From the NCBI GenBank assembly GCA_027923505.1, contig BROI01000014.1, forward strand, positions 124,001 through 188,000: 64,000 nucleotides of DNA, given 5' to 3'. A program made the position numbers and the translations under genes. This DNA is from Mayamaea pseudoterrestris (taxonomy: Eukaryota). This document shows positions 42,487-54,990 of this stretch, one piece after another; the stretch's first letter is position 1; each line of letters opens with the position of its first letter. The notes under the pieces are model-generated. The model ran no database searches. It was not told where the DNA came from and saw only the letters and a list, made by a program, of their open reading frames with translations.

Positions 42487-44394
42487 TTAAGAAAGCTCGT
42501 CCTCGAGTCGATCGCAAATATAAACGGGGACTCTCGGACGAATGTACCGCACGCGGCTGTACAATCGGCAGTTCCTTTTACAGTAACGCGTAAACGCACT
42601 TCGAGCGCTTGCCTGACGGGCAGAGTCGCCGCAAGACCTTCTCAGAGCCCTTTCGACGCACAGATCTTGTCCTCTAAGGAACAAGCCACAGCTGCACCGA
42701 TCCTTGATCTCTCGAAGACATGACCGACCGCGAGCGGAAGGCTGTTGCGGCTTCCTGGTTCGCATGCCCACCGGGCGAGCGGGAGCGGGCGTAGTGAGTT
42801 GAGGAGATGGTGTACTGACAGGCTTATTAGTAGGAATTGTAACTGGGGTTGTTGGTTGAGCGAGCGACGGTGATGCGGAGGGGACAAGAGAGATTGTCGG
42901 GCCTGCGCTTGGAGCTATTGCCGGAGCTTCAGTTCGAGCAGATACAGGGAAGGCGGATGGCGCAATAGATGGTAACTGAGCAGGTGAGCTTGTAGGAGCC
43001 CGGGTTGGAACACGCGTGGGAGCACGAGGCCTGCCTGTTCGGCTGGATATAGGAAAGGCTGTTGGCGCTGAAGTTGGTGGAATCGTTAAGCAGCGCGGAC
43101 ACGTCGGCGCAGGTGAGGGAGCGACAGGCCGCGTCGTTGGAAAAATTGGCCGTGGCGTTCTTGCTGCAATCGGAAAGCTTGACGGTTTATTTGATGGAAG
43201 CTTGCTTGGGCGGATAGATGGTCGGGGCGGGATATTGGAAGGCCGATTCGACGGTAGTCTTGAAGGAGAAGCAGATTTAAGAGTCGGCCTAGGCGTTCTT
43301 GCTGCAATCGGGAATCTTGAAGGTTGATACGACGGACGCTTGCTTGGGCGAACAGATGGCCGGGGCGGGACATTGGAAGGCCGGCCCGACGGTAGTCTTG
43401 AAGGAGAGAAAGATTTTAGAGTCGGCCTAGGCGTTCTTGCTGCAATCGGGAACCTTGAAGGTTGATACGACGGACGTCTGCTTGGGTGAACAGATGGCTG
43501 TGGCGGGACATTGGAAGGCCGACCCGACGGCGGTCGTGAAGGAGAAGCTGATTTGACTGTAGGCCGTGGTGTCCTTGCAGCCACCGGGAAACTAGAAGGC
43601 TTACCCGAAGGTAGTCGTGACGGAGGAGCTGATTTGACAGTCGGCCTAGGCGTCCTTGCTGCAACAGGAAAACTCGAAGGCTGGCGAGACGGCGATCGTG
43701 AAGGAGAAGCCGTTCTCAGAGTTGGTTTCGGCGTCCTTGCTGCAACCGGAATATGCGAAGGTTGACCCGACGGCGATCGTGAAGGGTAAGCCGTCACAAG
43801 AGTTGGTCTTGGTGTCCTCGCCGCGACAGGAGAGGGTGATGGTGGAATTGACGGACGAGTGCTTGGATGTACCGTCGGAGCTGCTGTGGGCGATGGCGTT
43901 GGCGCTACCGGAGAAGTCGATGGAGCACTGGAGGGACGAGCACTTGATGCAGCTGTTGGCACACTCGTTGGTTGCTGCGTAGGAGAATATGACGGAGTCC
44001 AGGAAGGGCGGACGCTTGGCTCGACGGTTAAACGAGTTGTCGGTCGTGGTGATGGCATGTAGGACGGTCCAATGCTTGGTTTCACAGTAGGAAGAGGAGC
44101 GGGCGCAATCGTAGGTCTTGGTGTTCGAGCCGCCACGGGAGAAGCTGATGGCGCGTAGGATAAAGCACTCGTCGGCCCAACTGTGGGAGCCTGCACCGGA
44201 GCAGCAAAAGTACTAGGCCTTGGTGTCCGTGATGCTACCGGAAAACTCGACGCTGGTTCGGTCGGACTGCTCGAAGGATGAGGAGTGCAGTCGATCATGG
44301 TTGAATTTGGTGAGCCAGCGGGAGAGTTCGTTTGGCCAGACGCCAATGACACCCACACTGCAAGCAGAAGCCATCGCAAAGAGTGGTGATGCAT
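42487..44394 (-). CDS. Secreted Pro/Ser/Arg-rich repeat protein with a Cys-rich C-terminal domain, 635 aa
   Basis: Signal peptide; ~12 P(V/I)AARTPRPT-type motifs in 27-aa and 46-aa repeats; C-terminal CL...CSCG...C...C...YC..NC domain. Confidence 0.85.
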   Translation of the reverse strand: MHHHSLRWLLLAVWVSLASGQTNSPAGSPNSTMIDCTPHPSSSPTEPASSFPVASRTPRPSTFAAPVQAPTVGPTSALSYAPSASPVAARTPRPTIAPAPLPTVKPSIGPSYMPSPRPTTRLTVEPSVRPSWTPSYSPTQQPTSVPTAASSARPSSAPSTSPVAPTPSPTAAPTVHPSTRPSIPPSPSPVAARTPRPTLVTAYPSRSPSGQPSHIPVAARTPKPTLRTASPSRSPSRQPSSFPVAARTPRPTVKSAPPSRLPSGKPSSFPVAARTPRPTVKSASPSRPPSGRPSNVPPQPSVHPSRRPSYQPSRFPIAARTPRPTLKSFSPSRLPSGRPSNVPPRPSVRPSKRPSYQPSRFPIAARTPRPTLKSASPSRLPSNRPSNIPPRPSIRPSKLPSNKPSSFPIAARTPRPIFPTTRPVAPSPAPTCPRCLTIPPTSAPTAFPISSRTGRPRAPTRVPTRAPTSSPAQLPSIAPSAFPVSARTEAPAIAPSAGPTISLVPSASPSLAQPTTPVTIPTNKPVSTPSPQLTTPAPARPVGMRTRKPQQPSARGRSCLREIKDRCSCGLFLRGQDLCVERALRRSCGDSARQASARSAFTRYCKRNCRLYSRVRYIRPRVPVYICDRLEDELS

Positions 44395-45679
44395 TGTGGC
44401 TTACTACACAAGGCGAACAGCTCTTGTAATCAATGAATTTGCTGCAAAAGGAAGAGAAGCGTGATCTGAGACGAGCCATGGAGATCCATCCTCGTCATTT
44501 GCATGGAAACGCGAATGGTCTTCGATTTCGGCGGCAAATGATGGGAACGTGCGAACGGATTCGACTTGTTGACTTTCCTGCGGCAAGTTTAGCTGATAAA
44601 GTTCAACGGTGAGAAATAGTTGAACGGACAATGACAATGGCGGTTCATTCATGGACCAGCAAAACATGTTAGCTACTTGTTTTTGCACATCGACGTCTTG
44701 CCAAACCTGCCGTCGCAACGGTGCACGATTGACGCTCACGATCAACACGCTTTGCACTATGCATCACAGATCCACTCATCTCAATCTTCTTGTTACTGTA
44801 CGAAGCCGTGTTTGCACGCCTTTTCTTTTGCCGCATTGATTTACTCGACTGATAGATTTTATTGTTTGCATGGCCAAGTTGTTGGACATGAAGGCGGTTT
44901 GCCTATTGTACAACAACGTCGCGTTTGGTGGCTTATGCATCTCCTTCAGCACAACGTCAAGCAATCGGATACTTCCCTTGGTTCGGCCTTCCATCGAGCA
45001 GCAAGGCGGAGCAATATAAGTGCGTAATGGGTCGCAAAACGGGTTGATTGTCTTTTCTTATGAGAATTCCTATCCAATCTGCCATGCCACGTCTTGTCAG
45101 CTGCGGTCGGCATCAGCTGCATCAAGGCATATGCAGAATGCAATGCTTGCCAGCTTTATGAAAAGCATGTTTATTGTTGTACCTGCAATGATCATAATCA
45201 TATCGAACTTGCTAGCTATGACAAGCGGAAAACATACAAGGCGGGCGAGAGTTTGTTCGGTCTGACTCTCGTCAGATCGGTCCCTTCCCCCTGTGGCAAA
45301 GTGAAAATTCCGGAGCGCAAAACACGTTTTCGGTACAAGGCCTACACAAATTTCTACGCGGACTATGTGTCTCGGGACTCGATAACGGTCAACGGATTAC
45401 ATCGGCATTGGACAAAGTACGACGCGCCGGTCCTCCCGCAAGGAACGACACGGCGCTACACACTAGCTAGGCATTATTGCATACTAGCTAACAAGCAGGC
45501 TTAACACATTCGCGGGGCGGGGAGGTGGTAGGATCAATGGTTTTACAAGCCTGCAATGACTTTTGCGCGCTCCGCGCGCACAAACATTGCCAAACACTAC
45601 GGTAGATGCAGTAAATTGACTGGCCCGGGTAGAAGATGTCGCAGAACCACCGGTCATTTATGAGTCAAAGCGCCAAGCC

Positions 45680-46224
45680 CAGAGTGTCACCTAGTGCAGG
45701 ACCCAGTCTCCATCATAGTGCAGCACCAATATTTCCTCTTCTGCGGCTTCCAGGTTGTCTTCCAACACCCGCGCCCCAGCAGCTTGTTAACAAATGTGCC
45801 ATTCAGTGACCCAAGCACCAAGCCCAGTGATCCCTGCACCGTACCAAGCAGCTTGCCATCAAGTGTGCCATCAAGTGGTCTATGCGCCAAGCCCAGTGTC
45901 TCACCTAGCGCAGGACCCAGTCTCCTTCCCAGTGCAGCTCCAAGCTTGTCACCATCTGTGGCTCCCAGTTGCTCTCCCAGCAGCCATCCCAGCAGCTTGC
46001 CATCAAGTGTGCCATCATGTGGTCCAAGCGGCAAGCCCAGTGACTCACCTAGAGCAGGACCCAGTCTCCTTCCCAGTGCAGCATCAAGCTTGTCACCCTC
46101 TGTAGCTCCTAGCTGGTCTCCCAGCACCCAACCCAGCAGCTTGCCATCAAGTGTGTTGTCATGTGATGCAAGCGGCAAGCCCAGTGACTCACCTAGTGCA
46201 GGAGCAAGCAGCAAGCATTTGTAA
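45680..46224 (+). pseudogene. Orphan fragment of a Pro/Ser-repeat (PSxxPS) gene with 144-bp units
   Basis: PSSLPSSVPS...KPSDSPSAGPSLLPSAAPSLSPSVAPS repeated at a 48-aa period. No ATG start or signal peptide, and few CpGs. Confidence 0.5.
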
Positions 46225-46565
46225 TCAATACACTCCTACATAGCAAATGAAGTACCAAGCTTGCCACATATATTATTATTATTACGGGTTTACTGCATGT
46301 GCATGTGGAAAGTGCCACGCAGTCAGGTCAGACCCCGGTCCCTCGGTGCAATTTGCTCAACAAGAGAGTGAGTTACGAAGCCTGACAATGGCGGTGCGAC
46401 CGTAAGCATGTGCATCGCAAAACGAATTCTGACGCCTGCCTTCCGTCCCCGGTTTTCGAAGGACGTGTCGTTCCATGGCGAAGCGAGAGAGCGATTTTGC
46501 CTCAAAAGTCGTTGATGGACGTAACATTCGAGATAAAGTAGCAGTGGGCACCAAAGAAAGAAATC

Positions 46566-49048
46566 ATGGACCCGACGGAACGCCGCAAGCAGCGAGAGCT
46601 GAAACGAGTCGCGGCAGCACGACAAGCCGAAACGCCTTTGTCGCCAGCTGATAGAAGCGAACAGGATGCGCGTGTCGTTGAACTCCTTGCCAAGAACGAG
46701 GACGCGATGCTCAGCGTTGTTGCCAAGATTAACCAAACGTACGAGCAAAAGCTCCACAAGCCTGCTCCATTCATGACATTTGTTTTTGTTGGCATGCAGT
46801 CCACCGGCAAGAGCACAATCATGGAGCGCTTTCTCGGAGCGCCCTTGAATATAATCCAGGAAGGAACGGGCACTCGCTGCCCGCTCGATACGACGTGTAT
46901 TCATGATGCGTCGTGTAACGAGCCGGTTTGTACCTTGTACGGCGACGAGCTTGGCGATTCTGAAGGCGGAGAAAACTTGTCGGTTGGTCAAGTGTTTGCT
47001 GATATTGTCGCGCATAACAAACGCCTCGGCCAAGAGGATCGGTTTAGCACTGTTCCCTTGCGTCTCCATTACCGAGCCAAGTCTGTTCAGAACATGCGCT
47101 TTGTCGACACGCCCGGCATTATTGAAAATTTGAGCACGGTAAGTTGATTGTGACTGTGTAACAACCATTCCACAAATCGCAATTAAAGCTTACAAGCATT
47201 CATCATTCTGTACAGGGTCGGGACAATAGAGCGCAGATCAAGTCGATTTTGGTGAGCGAAATGAGCAAGGAGAACACCAAACTCTGCGTTCTTGTCGAAC
47301 CAAAGGACTATGGCACAAATACCATTATTCGAATCTGCGACGAGACTTTTGGACCGTCAAGAGACTGGACACGGAACAGTATTTTTCTCATGACCAAGTT
47401 TGACAAGCAGCTGGAGGACTCGCGCTCAGGAAGCAAAGCGAACAAATTCTTTGCGGAGTACTTTGTCAACGGTTGCTGTCCGTACCTGACCATCACTCCC
47501 ACCCTTCCCAAGGAGGATCTTGGAGCGGACGCGTTATTTGACGCCCGCCGCAAGCTGCTTGAATCTGCCGATCGCATTGAAAGCGAACGCTTTGACATTT
47601 GGAAAAGAGAGCTTGATGCATTTCGTAATACAAACGATGACGAAGACCTCGACACTCGGCTCGCTGACAAGCTGGGTTTCCCATTGGCGAAGAAGAAGAT
47701 GAGAGCAATCATGCTTGAGGATACAATCAAGCGCCTACCTGAGGTCACTGCCTCCCTTCGCTCCGAGCTTGCCGCGTGCCGGGACGAGCTTGCCGTTCTC
47801 CAAGAGCGACAGCGTTTGACAGATCCGCGCGAGTTGAAACTCATTGTTACAGACATGTTGCATTCGATTGAAGCGCGGCTTATCGCATACCTGGACGGAG
47901 ACTTATCGTCGGCGTTGCACTACCCGGAATATCTCCAGACCCTTTGGGACGAAGTTAGCGTCGAGGATGCTTCGGACTGGGCATCAAAGCCGTTGAACTT
48001 TTATACGGAAAAGGAAGACGATTGGCGCGACCTGATGGCTGATTCCAAGGATTTGCCGGCCGAGCTCATGACGGAGGCACGCTTCCTCGGCGGGAAGCAA
48101 GTTCAGCGTGCCATCAGCGTCTTCAAGTACACTGCATTGGGCTGTCTACCAGATCCCGACGAGTTGAAGGATCTGGTGGCGAATACTACAGGGTACATGG
48201 GTGGAGGCTTGAAGCAAGAAAATTGGGAGCATGCGTTGGTTGAGATTACTAGAGTCCTCATGCATAGGGTCTCGCAGCCTGGTGTCAACTACATTGTCAA
48301 GCACATTGGTAGTATTCTCCGTCGCTTGTTCAATTTGGCGATGCTCGACGTCAAGCAAGGAAAAGAGAAGTCTGCAACGTACAAGCTTGTGCCGCCGGCT
48401 GTGGAAGCACATCTCTCGTCAGAGTTTGACACCATGCTGTGGGACATCATGAAGACTGCAGCGGAACGAACTCACTACTCTGTTGAACCGTTGTACACAA
48501 CGGTGAATCCCGGCTTGCCTAATTTCATGCCAGCCAGCGGTCTTGATCAGATGCGCTCGTATCGTTTGGATGCTGACGGCGAGTATGTTCTCGTGCCTTC
48601 TCAAAAAGACACGGTGGAAGAAAGTTGGAAGGAAGGATTCGGTCGCCGCATTGCAGCTCTCATGTCAGGCGCGCGACAGGCGAAAGAGTTTTTGAAAAAC
48701 GAATTTCAAACAAAAGTGCAGACCAAGAAAACATTTTTGCCAAGCGATCGGTCCTCAATGATCGCCAACGAGGAGGTTGATACGATTCTTCGAGTGTCCT
48801 TCGAGTATCTCGTGGCGCTGCAGGAGCTTGTTTTGCTCCATGTTGAATTTCAGGTAAATCATTATCTGTATGAAGGGTTTAAGACGGAAGTGCACCAGTC
48901 CATGATGCAGATTGGCGGCAACGCGGATTGGGCGACTCTTGTGCAGCCTGATTTAAGTGTGAGTGAGCGTATTTCGGAGCTGGAGGATCAAATGACGAGT
49001 TTGACGGAGTCCCTTCGCGAAGTGGAAAAGCTCAGCTTGAAACTTTAG
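46566..49048 (+). CDS. Dynamin-related GTPase (DRP5/ARC5-like by overall look); intron 47139-47215
   Basis: G1 GMQSTGKS, G2 GTRCPL, G3 DTPG, G4 TKFD. A GTAAGT...TACAG intron joins the ORFs in frame. C-terminal coiled coil. Confidence 0.9.
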
Positions 49049-49310
49049 CTGTACATGCCATCTTGTGTGTTTGATATTGTTGCAGTGCCCAGTCGAGTCT
49101 ACCCATGGCTGATGCATCGTTCACTAGAAGTATCGGCACTAAACAAATTTAGCTGGGATAGATATCGCAAGTCATGCATGCTTTCTGGACGCATCGGGAC
49201 AGTACTATAGATAGTAATCAGAAATGTAACCTTATCCAACGTGTAATATCTAAACATTTATAATTGGATCCAAGGCGTCAATACACAAAGCCAGCGGACA
49301 CGGCGCCACT

Positions 49311-51897
49311 TTACTTTTTAAGTCGCGAAACAGTTCGCGTGGATGCTGGAGTCCGCCCTCCATCTTGTTTCTTCCTATGAAACAGTTGTTTTAGAAAGCC
49401 CTTCTTCTTGTTCTTGCTCTCTGGCGTTTGTTGGATCTTTTGGCTTATTGTTGATGTCGGCGCGGTGCTTACTTGAGGTCCTTCAACGTCGGTCGACAGA
49501 TCGAGCCGGTGCTCAATGCTTGGATTGTGCGTTACTTCGACATCTTCCGTCTCGTACTGTGGACAAGAACCATGTTAGACACAATATAAAACGAAATCTT
49601 GTACTAATAGCAATGGTTGAACTTACCGCATGACTGACAATGCCCGACGGATCCTGCTCCCGTTCTATAACGGGTGACGAGACACCACTCATTGACGAGA
49701 TGTCGTCGTGGTTGACGGCATGTGTCGCCATTGGGGTGACAGGCGGCAGCTTTGTATGATCCATACCTTCTGCGCTCTTTTGTTCATGCATGACACCTTG
49801 ATTTGATCGAACAAACGAAGGCAAATTACCGGCCTGTTCCTTCTCGTTGTTTGCCTTGAGAAGTGCCTTGGTTTCAAGCAGTTCCAACAGCACAGCCTCA
49901 CGGCCTTCATATGCGCGCATAATGGTTGAGACGCGGTCGATCTGTCCCGGCACAGACGTCTTTCCATACACATAATTCAGCAATTCTGATACTTGCGCAA
50001 TCACTGCTGGCGACGTGCCATCTACAGAGTCCGAAGAGTATTCGGAAACACTACCACTGCCACTGCCTCCTTCGTCGTCATCGCCAACGTCTTGCTCCTT
50101 GGTTTCTTTATTTGGCCATTCATTGTTGTCAAACGCTCTAACTGGACTTGGCGGATTGACCATGTGCATTCGCTCTTTTGCCACGTACACTGCATTCGCT
50201 GCTTGTGAGCTCGACTTATTCTTCTTGACAGCATCCGTAAATGACTCCACATTCTCCTCCGTAGTCCGAGGAGTTTGTTCTTGGGGTGGTCGATCATATC
50301 GGACGGAAAGCTTGTGTACCAAATGATCTTCTCTGCCCTTGTACTTATTCAGCAGCTTGTCCAATAGCTTAACCTTTTCAGGTTCGTGCTCATGCAGCAA
50401 AGTCTTGACAACGTAACCGTAGAACTTGACCGGTTCGTCTGCAATCGTCTGCTCCCTTGTAAAGCCATATTTGGGAGGGAAATCTAGACCGAAATTCTCA
50501 ATGAGCTCGCGCGGAACCTGTTGCTTTTGCTGAAAGCCATTCATGGCTCGTTGCTTCTCAATCAATAATGACGGCCCGCCAAGACTTTCCATGACGGATA
50601 CATCTGCTTGGTCAAAGCGATCGTCATACTCCAGTTCCTTGATTGGAACATTGACTTCTTGGTCAATCTCGGGTGGCGGCATGACAATGGGAAGTACGGG
50701 AGGTTCAATCACTGGCGGCAGCGCTTGTGGATGATGAATGGCCTTGGGAGCCAGTCCGAGCGGAGCTTGGTGAACGTTCGGTATCGACGCCAAGGGTTTG
50801 GTCATGCGCCCTTCGCTCTCATTCGTCTCCAAGGTTCCATCATCCTCGTATTTTGCTTGCTCGGGCATTGCCATCATCATCATGTCCTTCTTTTGCTGCC
50901 TTGGTTCATCGTCGTCAGTTGTTTCCTGTCGCGTGTTATCGTCTTCCGTTTCGCCTTCATCGACTAGTGCTTGCTTCTTCTTTCGTCGCATATGCTTCTG
51001 ATCTATCGACTCGTCATAGGTAACATATGTCGACTCGTCTTCGACATCGGATGCAAAGCTTTCTTCTTCATCGGAAAAGTACTCATCGTCCGGCCGCCGA
51101 AAAGTATCCACGCGGCAAACATTGTTGGAATTGGCGCAGATAGTGTCAATGAGAACGTCAAGAAAAGACTCTGACTCGTATGGATCCTTGCGAGATGACT
51201 TGCCCTTCAACTTCTTGGTCTTGCGCGAGACGGGCTTGATGTAAGACTCGTCCCCATTCATCGAGCTTTGCAACGTTTCAGTCTCGTCTTCGCTGACCGA
51301 GTTCTTTTTATTGCGCTTCGATTTCTTCTCCTTTTTCTTTTCCTTCTTATCTTTTGGCGGAGACAGTCCATTGTCTACCCATTTGACAGTGCTCGGCTGG
51401 TCTTTATTCGCGGCAGCAGCAAGCTTTTGCTTCACTCCTTGTCTCGCTTGCAACGTCTCCTTGCGAGGCCTCCGAAACAAGAGATTCACACTCTCCGGAT
51501 CTGCCTCAATGATAATATCCATAATCTGATCAAAATTCAGTCTCGACACGGTTCTATCGTTGATTTGAAGCAGCTCGTCGCCAACTTGCAGCTTGCGTGA
51601 CAGTGCTGCAGCGCCAGTCCGTGGCAAATCGCAGATTCGAACTCCTCGCTGCAAGCTCTTTTGGTTTGGATCGTACATTGGCTCAAAGACAATTCCCATT
51701 GGCTTCTTCAGTGACAATCGAATTAATCCTGTACTGGACGGTGTTCCCAAATCCTGCATTTCTTGGCCATCGTGGTCCGTCGCCGTGCTCAAGTATCGGT
51801 TGGGCGTCATTGAGCGATGGCTGGCATATGGCTCGGTTTGAGCCTGCGGAGTCCCGCCCATGCGAGGGGCCGACGCATAGCGTCCACCAGTCTGCAT
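49311..51897 (-). CDS. PDZ-domain protein; intron 49626-49557
   Basis: LKKPMGIVFE...GAAALSRKLQVGDELLQIND; two YxGRE motifs. A GTAAGT...ACAG intron gives a last exon ending in TAA at 49311. Confidence 0.85.
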
Positions 51898-52202
51898 GCT
51901 AGTATGTTGTATATATATGTCGCTGTGAGGTACTCAAGTAGTTTAACGTAGTCGAAAGGAGTCAGCTGCTGCCCATGGTCTCCTCGCCGACCGAAATGCA
52001 GCGTCTCCGCTTCGCCCTCCGTTGATCGGAATTGATAGGCGATGCCGGCGCATTTGGCAATTTCAGGCTTAGTTAACTTTCGTGAAGATACCTCAACGCA
52101 CACGCTCCGATCGCAAAAATTCCATCATCGGTACGACACCAATCCGGTACTGAAACACACATCATCGCCGCGCTGCGCCGCGACCTCACAACAATTTTCA
52201 CC

Positions 52203-53573
52203 ATGGCGATTGCTCGCGACTCACACTCTACCGAGAGCGACTTGTGGCTTGCTATCGCCCACAAGCTTGGCGAAAGCCTCTATAATTTTTCACAAGTTCG
52301 AAAATATAGTCCAATATTGTCGCCACGTAGCTTGGGCTTTACGGAACAGTGGTGCAAGGATTGGAACGAGTTGACTGACAAGGAACAACATGTTTGGCAG
52401 AGCACTTCGCCCTTGTTGGACACGCCATATCCGCAAAAATCAGTGACGTTACTTCAGTTTGAGCCCGCTTGGGAGGACCAGCTTGCACTTGCTATTGCCA
52501 AGATTGAGTTTGTCGTTGTCAATACGACATTTGCCAGCACGGAAGCCATTGGACAATTGCCTTGCTTGTATGATTTGCAACAGGATCAAGCACCGGTGAT
52601 TGTCGGAAGAGCGACAAGGAATGAACTAGGAGCAAAGAATTCTATATTACAATATCTTGTCGAGTCGCGCAAGATTGACTTTGACCATCAGTTGCCAGAT
52701 TCCTTGCGGTCGCTCTCCAAGCTATACGAAAACATGATTACTACGACCCTTTCCTCGTCCTTGAGCGTCTTGCGTCATAACGACCCTTACTCCTGGCACC
52801 AAGTCTATCGTCAGCAGTATCAAGCGGCTGGTGGCGGTCGCTTTGCCTCGCTGCAAACGTGGAGTATGAAAATGTTTGGTCGATCCATATTGTCTTTTGA
52901 CGAACGAAAGCAATCAATGGCGCAAGCCGTACAACAAGCACGAAGGGTTTTTGAATTGTTGGAGCAGCAGATATTATCCAACGCTGATCAATCATGCTAC
53001 TTGATGGGAACCAAAGAACCCGCGTCGGTAGACATTTCTCTCTGGGGAGCCTTGGCGACTGCACTGACCAACGTGCACCTTGTCATTGTCTTGGCAGATT
53101 TCCCAGCTCTCTGCGCATATGCGCAACGAATTTGGAACTCGTACTTTATGGAAGCGAACACTGAACAAGATTGGATGGAGTGGAACGTTCAAGAGAATGC
53201 TCGCAACGCATTCTGTAACCTGCCTTTGGCGCCGAAATCCGACATGGATTTGAAAAACGCCATTGACTTGATGGAGCAATTGTCGCCGCAGAGCCGCAGT
53301 CTACACGAACGGCTCGTGGCGGCCAAAGACGCACGAGCCATGGAAGAGGAGCAGTTGCCAGATACAAGTCGATCCTTTTACACTTGGCATCAATGGCGCA
53401 CAGGCGGCAATTATGCTGGCGTGACGAATTTAAACGGAGGCTCGCGTGACGAATCAACGGAAGAGTCGGAAAAGCTGCGCAACTACATACGCAGCGATGA
53501 ACTCTGGATGGCGGCGACAGGGATTGGTATTCTTGCGTCAGTCTTTTTGTTCGGTGCCAGTCGGCCCGAGTAA
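52203..53573 (+). CDS. Metaxin-like / GST C-terminal-domain membrane protein
   Basis: GQLPCLYD; ARRVFELLEQQI...YLMGTKEPASVDISLWGAL...FPALCAYAQRI; C-terminal TM anchor. Confidence 0.7.
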   Translation: MAIARDSHSTESDLWLAIAHKLGESLYNFSQVRKYSPILSPRSLGFTEQWCKDWNELTDKEQHVWQSTSPLLDTPYPQKSVTLLQFEPAWEDQLALAIAKIEFVVVNTTFASTEAIGQLPCLYDLQQDQAPVIVGRATRNELGAKNSILQYLVESRKIDFDHQLPDSLRSLSKLYENMITTTLSSSLSVLRHNDPYSWHQVYRQQYQAAGGGRFASLQTWSMKMFGRSILSFDERKQSMAQAVQQARRVFELLEQQILSNADQSCYLMGTKEPASVDISLWGALATALTNVHLVIVLADFPALCAYAQRIWNSYFMEANTEQDWMEWNVQENARNAFCNLPLAPKSDMDLKNAIDLMEQLSPQSRSLHERLVAAKDARAMEEEQLPDTSRSFYTWHQWRTGGNYAGVTNLNGGSRDESTEESEKLRNYIRSDELWMAATGIGILASVFLFGASRPE

Positions 53574-53634
53574 GTTTCGCTACAATTTCATTCAAATGTT
53601 ATGTAACTTTCAATATGCTTGTACGAAAAAACTT

Positions 53635-54717
53635 TTAGTTTGGTTGATGTGTTCGCCGCCGTCGCGTTACTCTCCCAGCAGGTGCAGATAATTTGTCTTC
53701 AACATCGTTGCTGTTCACTATGGCTGCTGCAACGACTCGCTTTTTCTTCCTACCGACAGCCGCCGCATCTGTCACAACGGATGCTTCCTTCGTCACTACC
53801 TTTTTCGTCGCAATTAGCTTTTGCATCGACGCTACGATAGCTGACGTTCTTCCACCCGACTTGAGAAACGTTAGTGGACGCCCATGATGATCATTTCCTG
53901 ACTTTTTCTTGGTCCACCGATGGTTGAACAGCCACGTACTTGGATACTGTTTGTTTTCATTCAAACAGTCAATAGCGACTTTCAATATTTCCTGCAGCTT
54001 GAGCAAGAGTTCTCTCGCTTGATGTTCGCCAAGCTGCGTCTGATTTGGATGCAGCTGCAGCTGATACAAGACTTCGTCGGCGACCCAGTTGCCAACGCCC
54101 GAAACGACGCGCTTTTGATCCAGCAGCAGCGTTTTGATGCCTACGGTCTGGTGGCACAGTCTTGCAGCAACATGATCAATATTGCAATCCACTGCATCCG
54201 GAGCGAGTTCGTCGAACAGCTGCATGGAGTCGCACAATTGGCACGCGCTAAACTTGCGTGGATCGCAAAAAGCCACTGGATAGTCTTCGTTAGTTTGTAG
54301 CATTAGATAAGTAAACGGCGGCGGAAATACTGATCCGTCGTCCTTGACATTCTCCAACACGGTGATTCGTCCCGGAGCCGTCACGCGGCCAGTCATGCCC
54401 ATGTGTAGAAACAAGTATTTGATGATGGGTGCATTGACAGATGTAGTGGTGGACTCACTGGTAGTTTCTTTATCTTTCGCAGCATCATTCTCGTCAGCAG
54501 ATGCCATCTCTAGCACCATACAAAGTAGTTTTCCTTTTCGCAGCACGTTCGTACAGTAGCAATGATTCGATATTGCTTCCATGTCGTCCATGGACAGCCA
54601 CTTGCGAGGCAGCGGATCGTCGTTCAATCGGTGCAACGAAAGTGTCTGCGTCCGATCCGTTGAGACCAATGGCAGCAGCGTTTGTCGAAAGTGCTCGACT
54701 TCGGGAAGTTCCGGCAT
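53635..54717 (-). CDS. FPG: Formamidopyrimidine-DNA glycosylase (Fpg/MutM family)
   Basis: N-terminal MPELPEVE, RKGK, HMGMTG, DPRKF, and the H2TH motif LLLDQKRVVSGVGNWVADEVLY. Confidence 0.95.
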   Translation of the reverse strand: MPELPEVEHFRQTLLPLVSTDRTQTLSLHRLNDDPLPRKWLSMDDMEAISNHCYCTNVLRKGKLLCMVLEMASADENDAAKDKETTSESTTTSVNAPIIKYLFLHMGMTGRVTAPGRITVLENVKDDGSVFPPPFTYLMLQTNEDYPVAFCDPRKFSACQLCDSMQLFDELAPDAVDCNIDHVAARLCHQTVGIKTLLLDQKRVVSGVGNWVADEVLYQLQLHPNQTQLGEHQARELLLKLQEILKVAIDCLNENKQYPSTWLFNHRWTKKKSGNDHHGRPLTFLKSGGRTSAIVASMQKLIATKKVVTKEASVVTDAAAVGRKKKRVVAAAIVNSNDVEDKLSAPAGRVTRRRRTHQPN

Positions 54718-54990
54718 GATACTAGTAGATTGTGGCTGTTTTGAAAAAGGTGGGTATGTACAAGGGGAGCGCAGGACGAGTTGATTCACAGAGTCAGCAG
54801 TCAACTCGATCGCCGACATCATCATCTGCCGCGCCGCGCTGTGATGCGCCGCGCCGCTTTTATATGTCGTACCGGTACAAGTTCAAATTCTAAAATGACC
54901 ATGATGTCACGCCGTCACTGCCGGTCACAGTGTTTCGGCCGCCGACATGCAGCATCGCCAGTGCTGACGACAATATACATAACCTGCCCA

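Noticed and set aside
46323..47856. Long antisense ORFs over the dynamin gene (and similar ones over other genes)
   Set aside because: These are shadow ORFs of the real coding strand.
54718..54825. N-terminal extension of Fpg
   Set aside because: Fpg needs an N-terminal Pro nucleophile, so the MPELPEVE start at 54717 is preferred.
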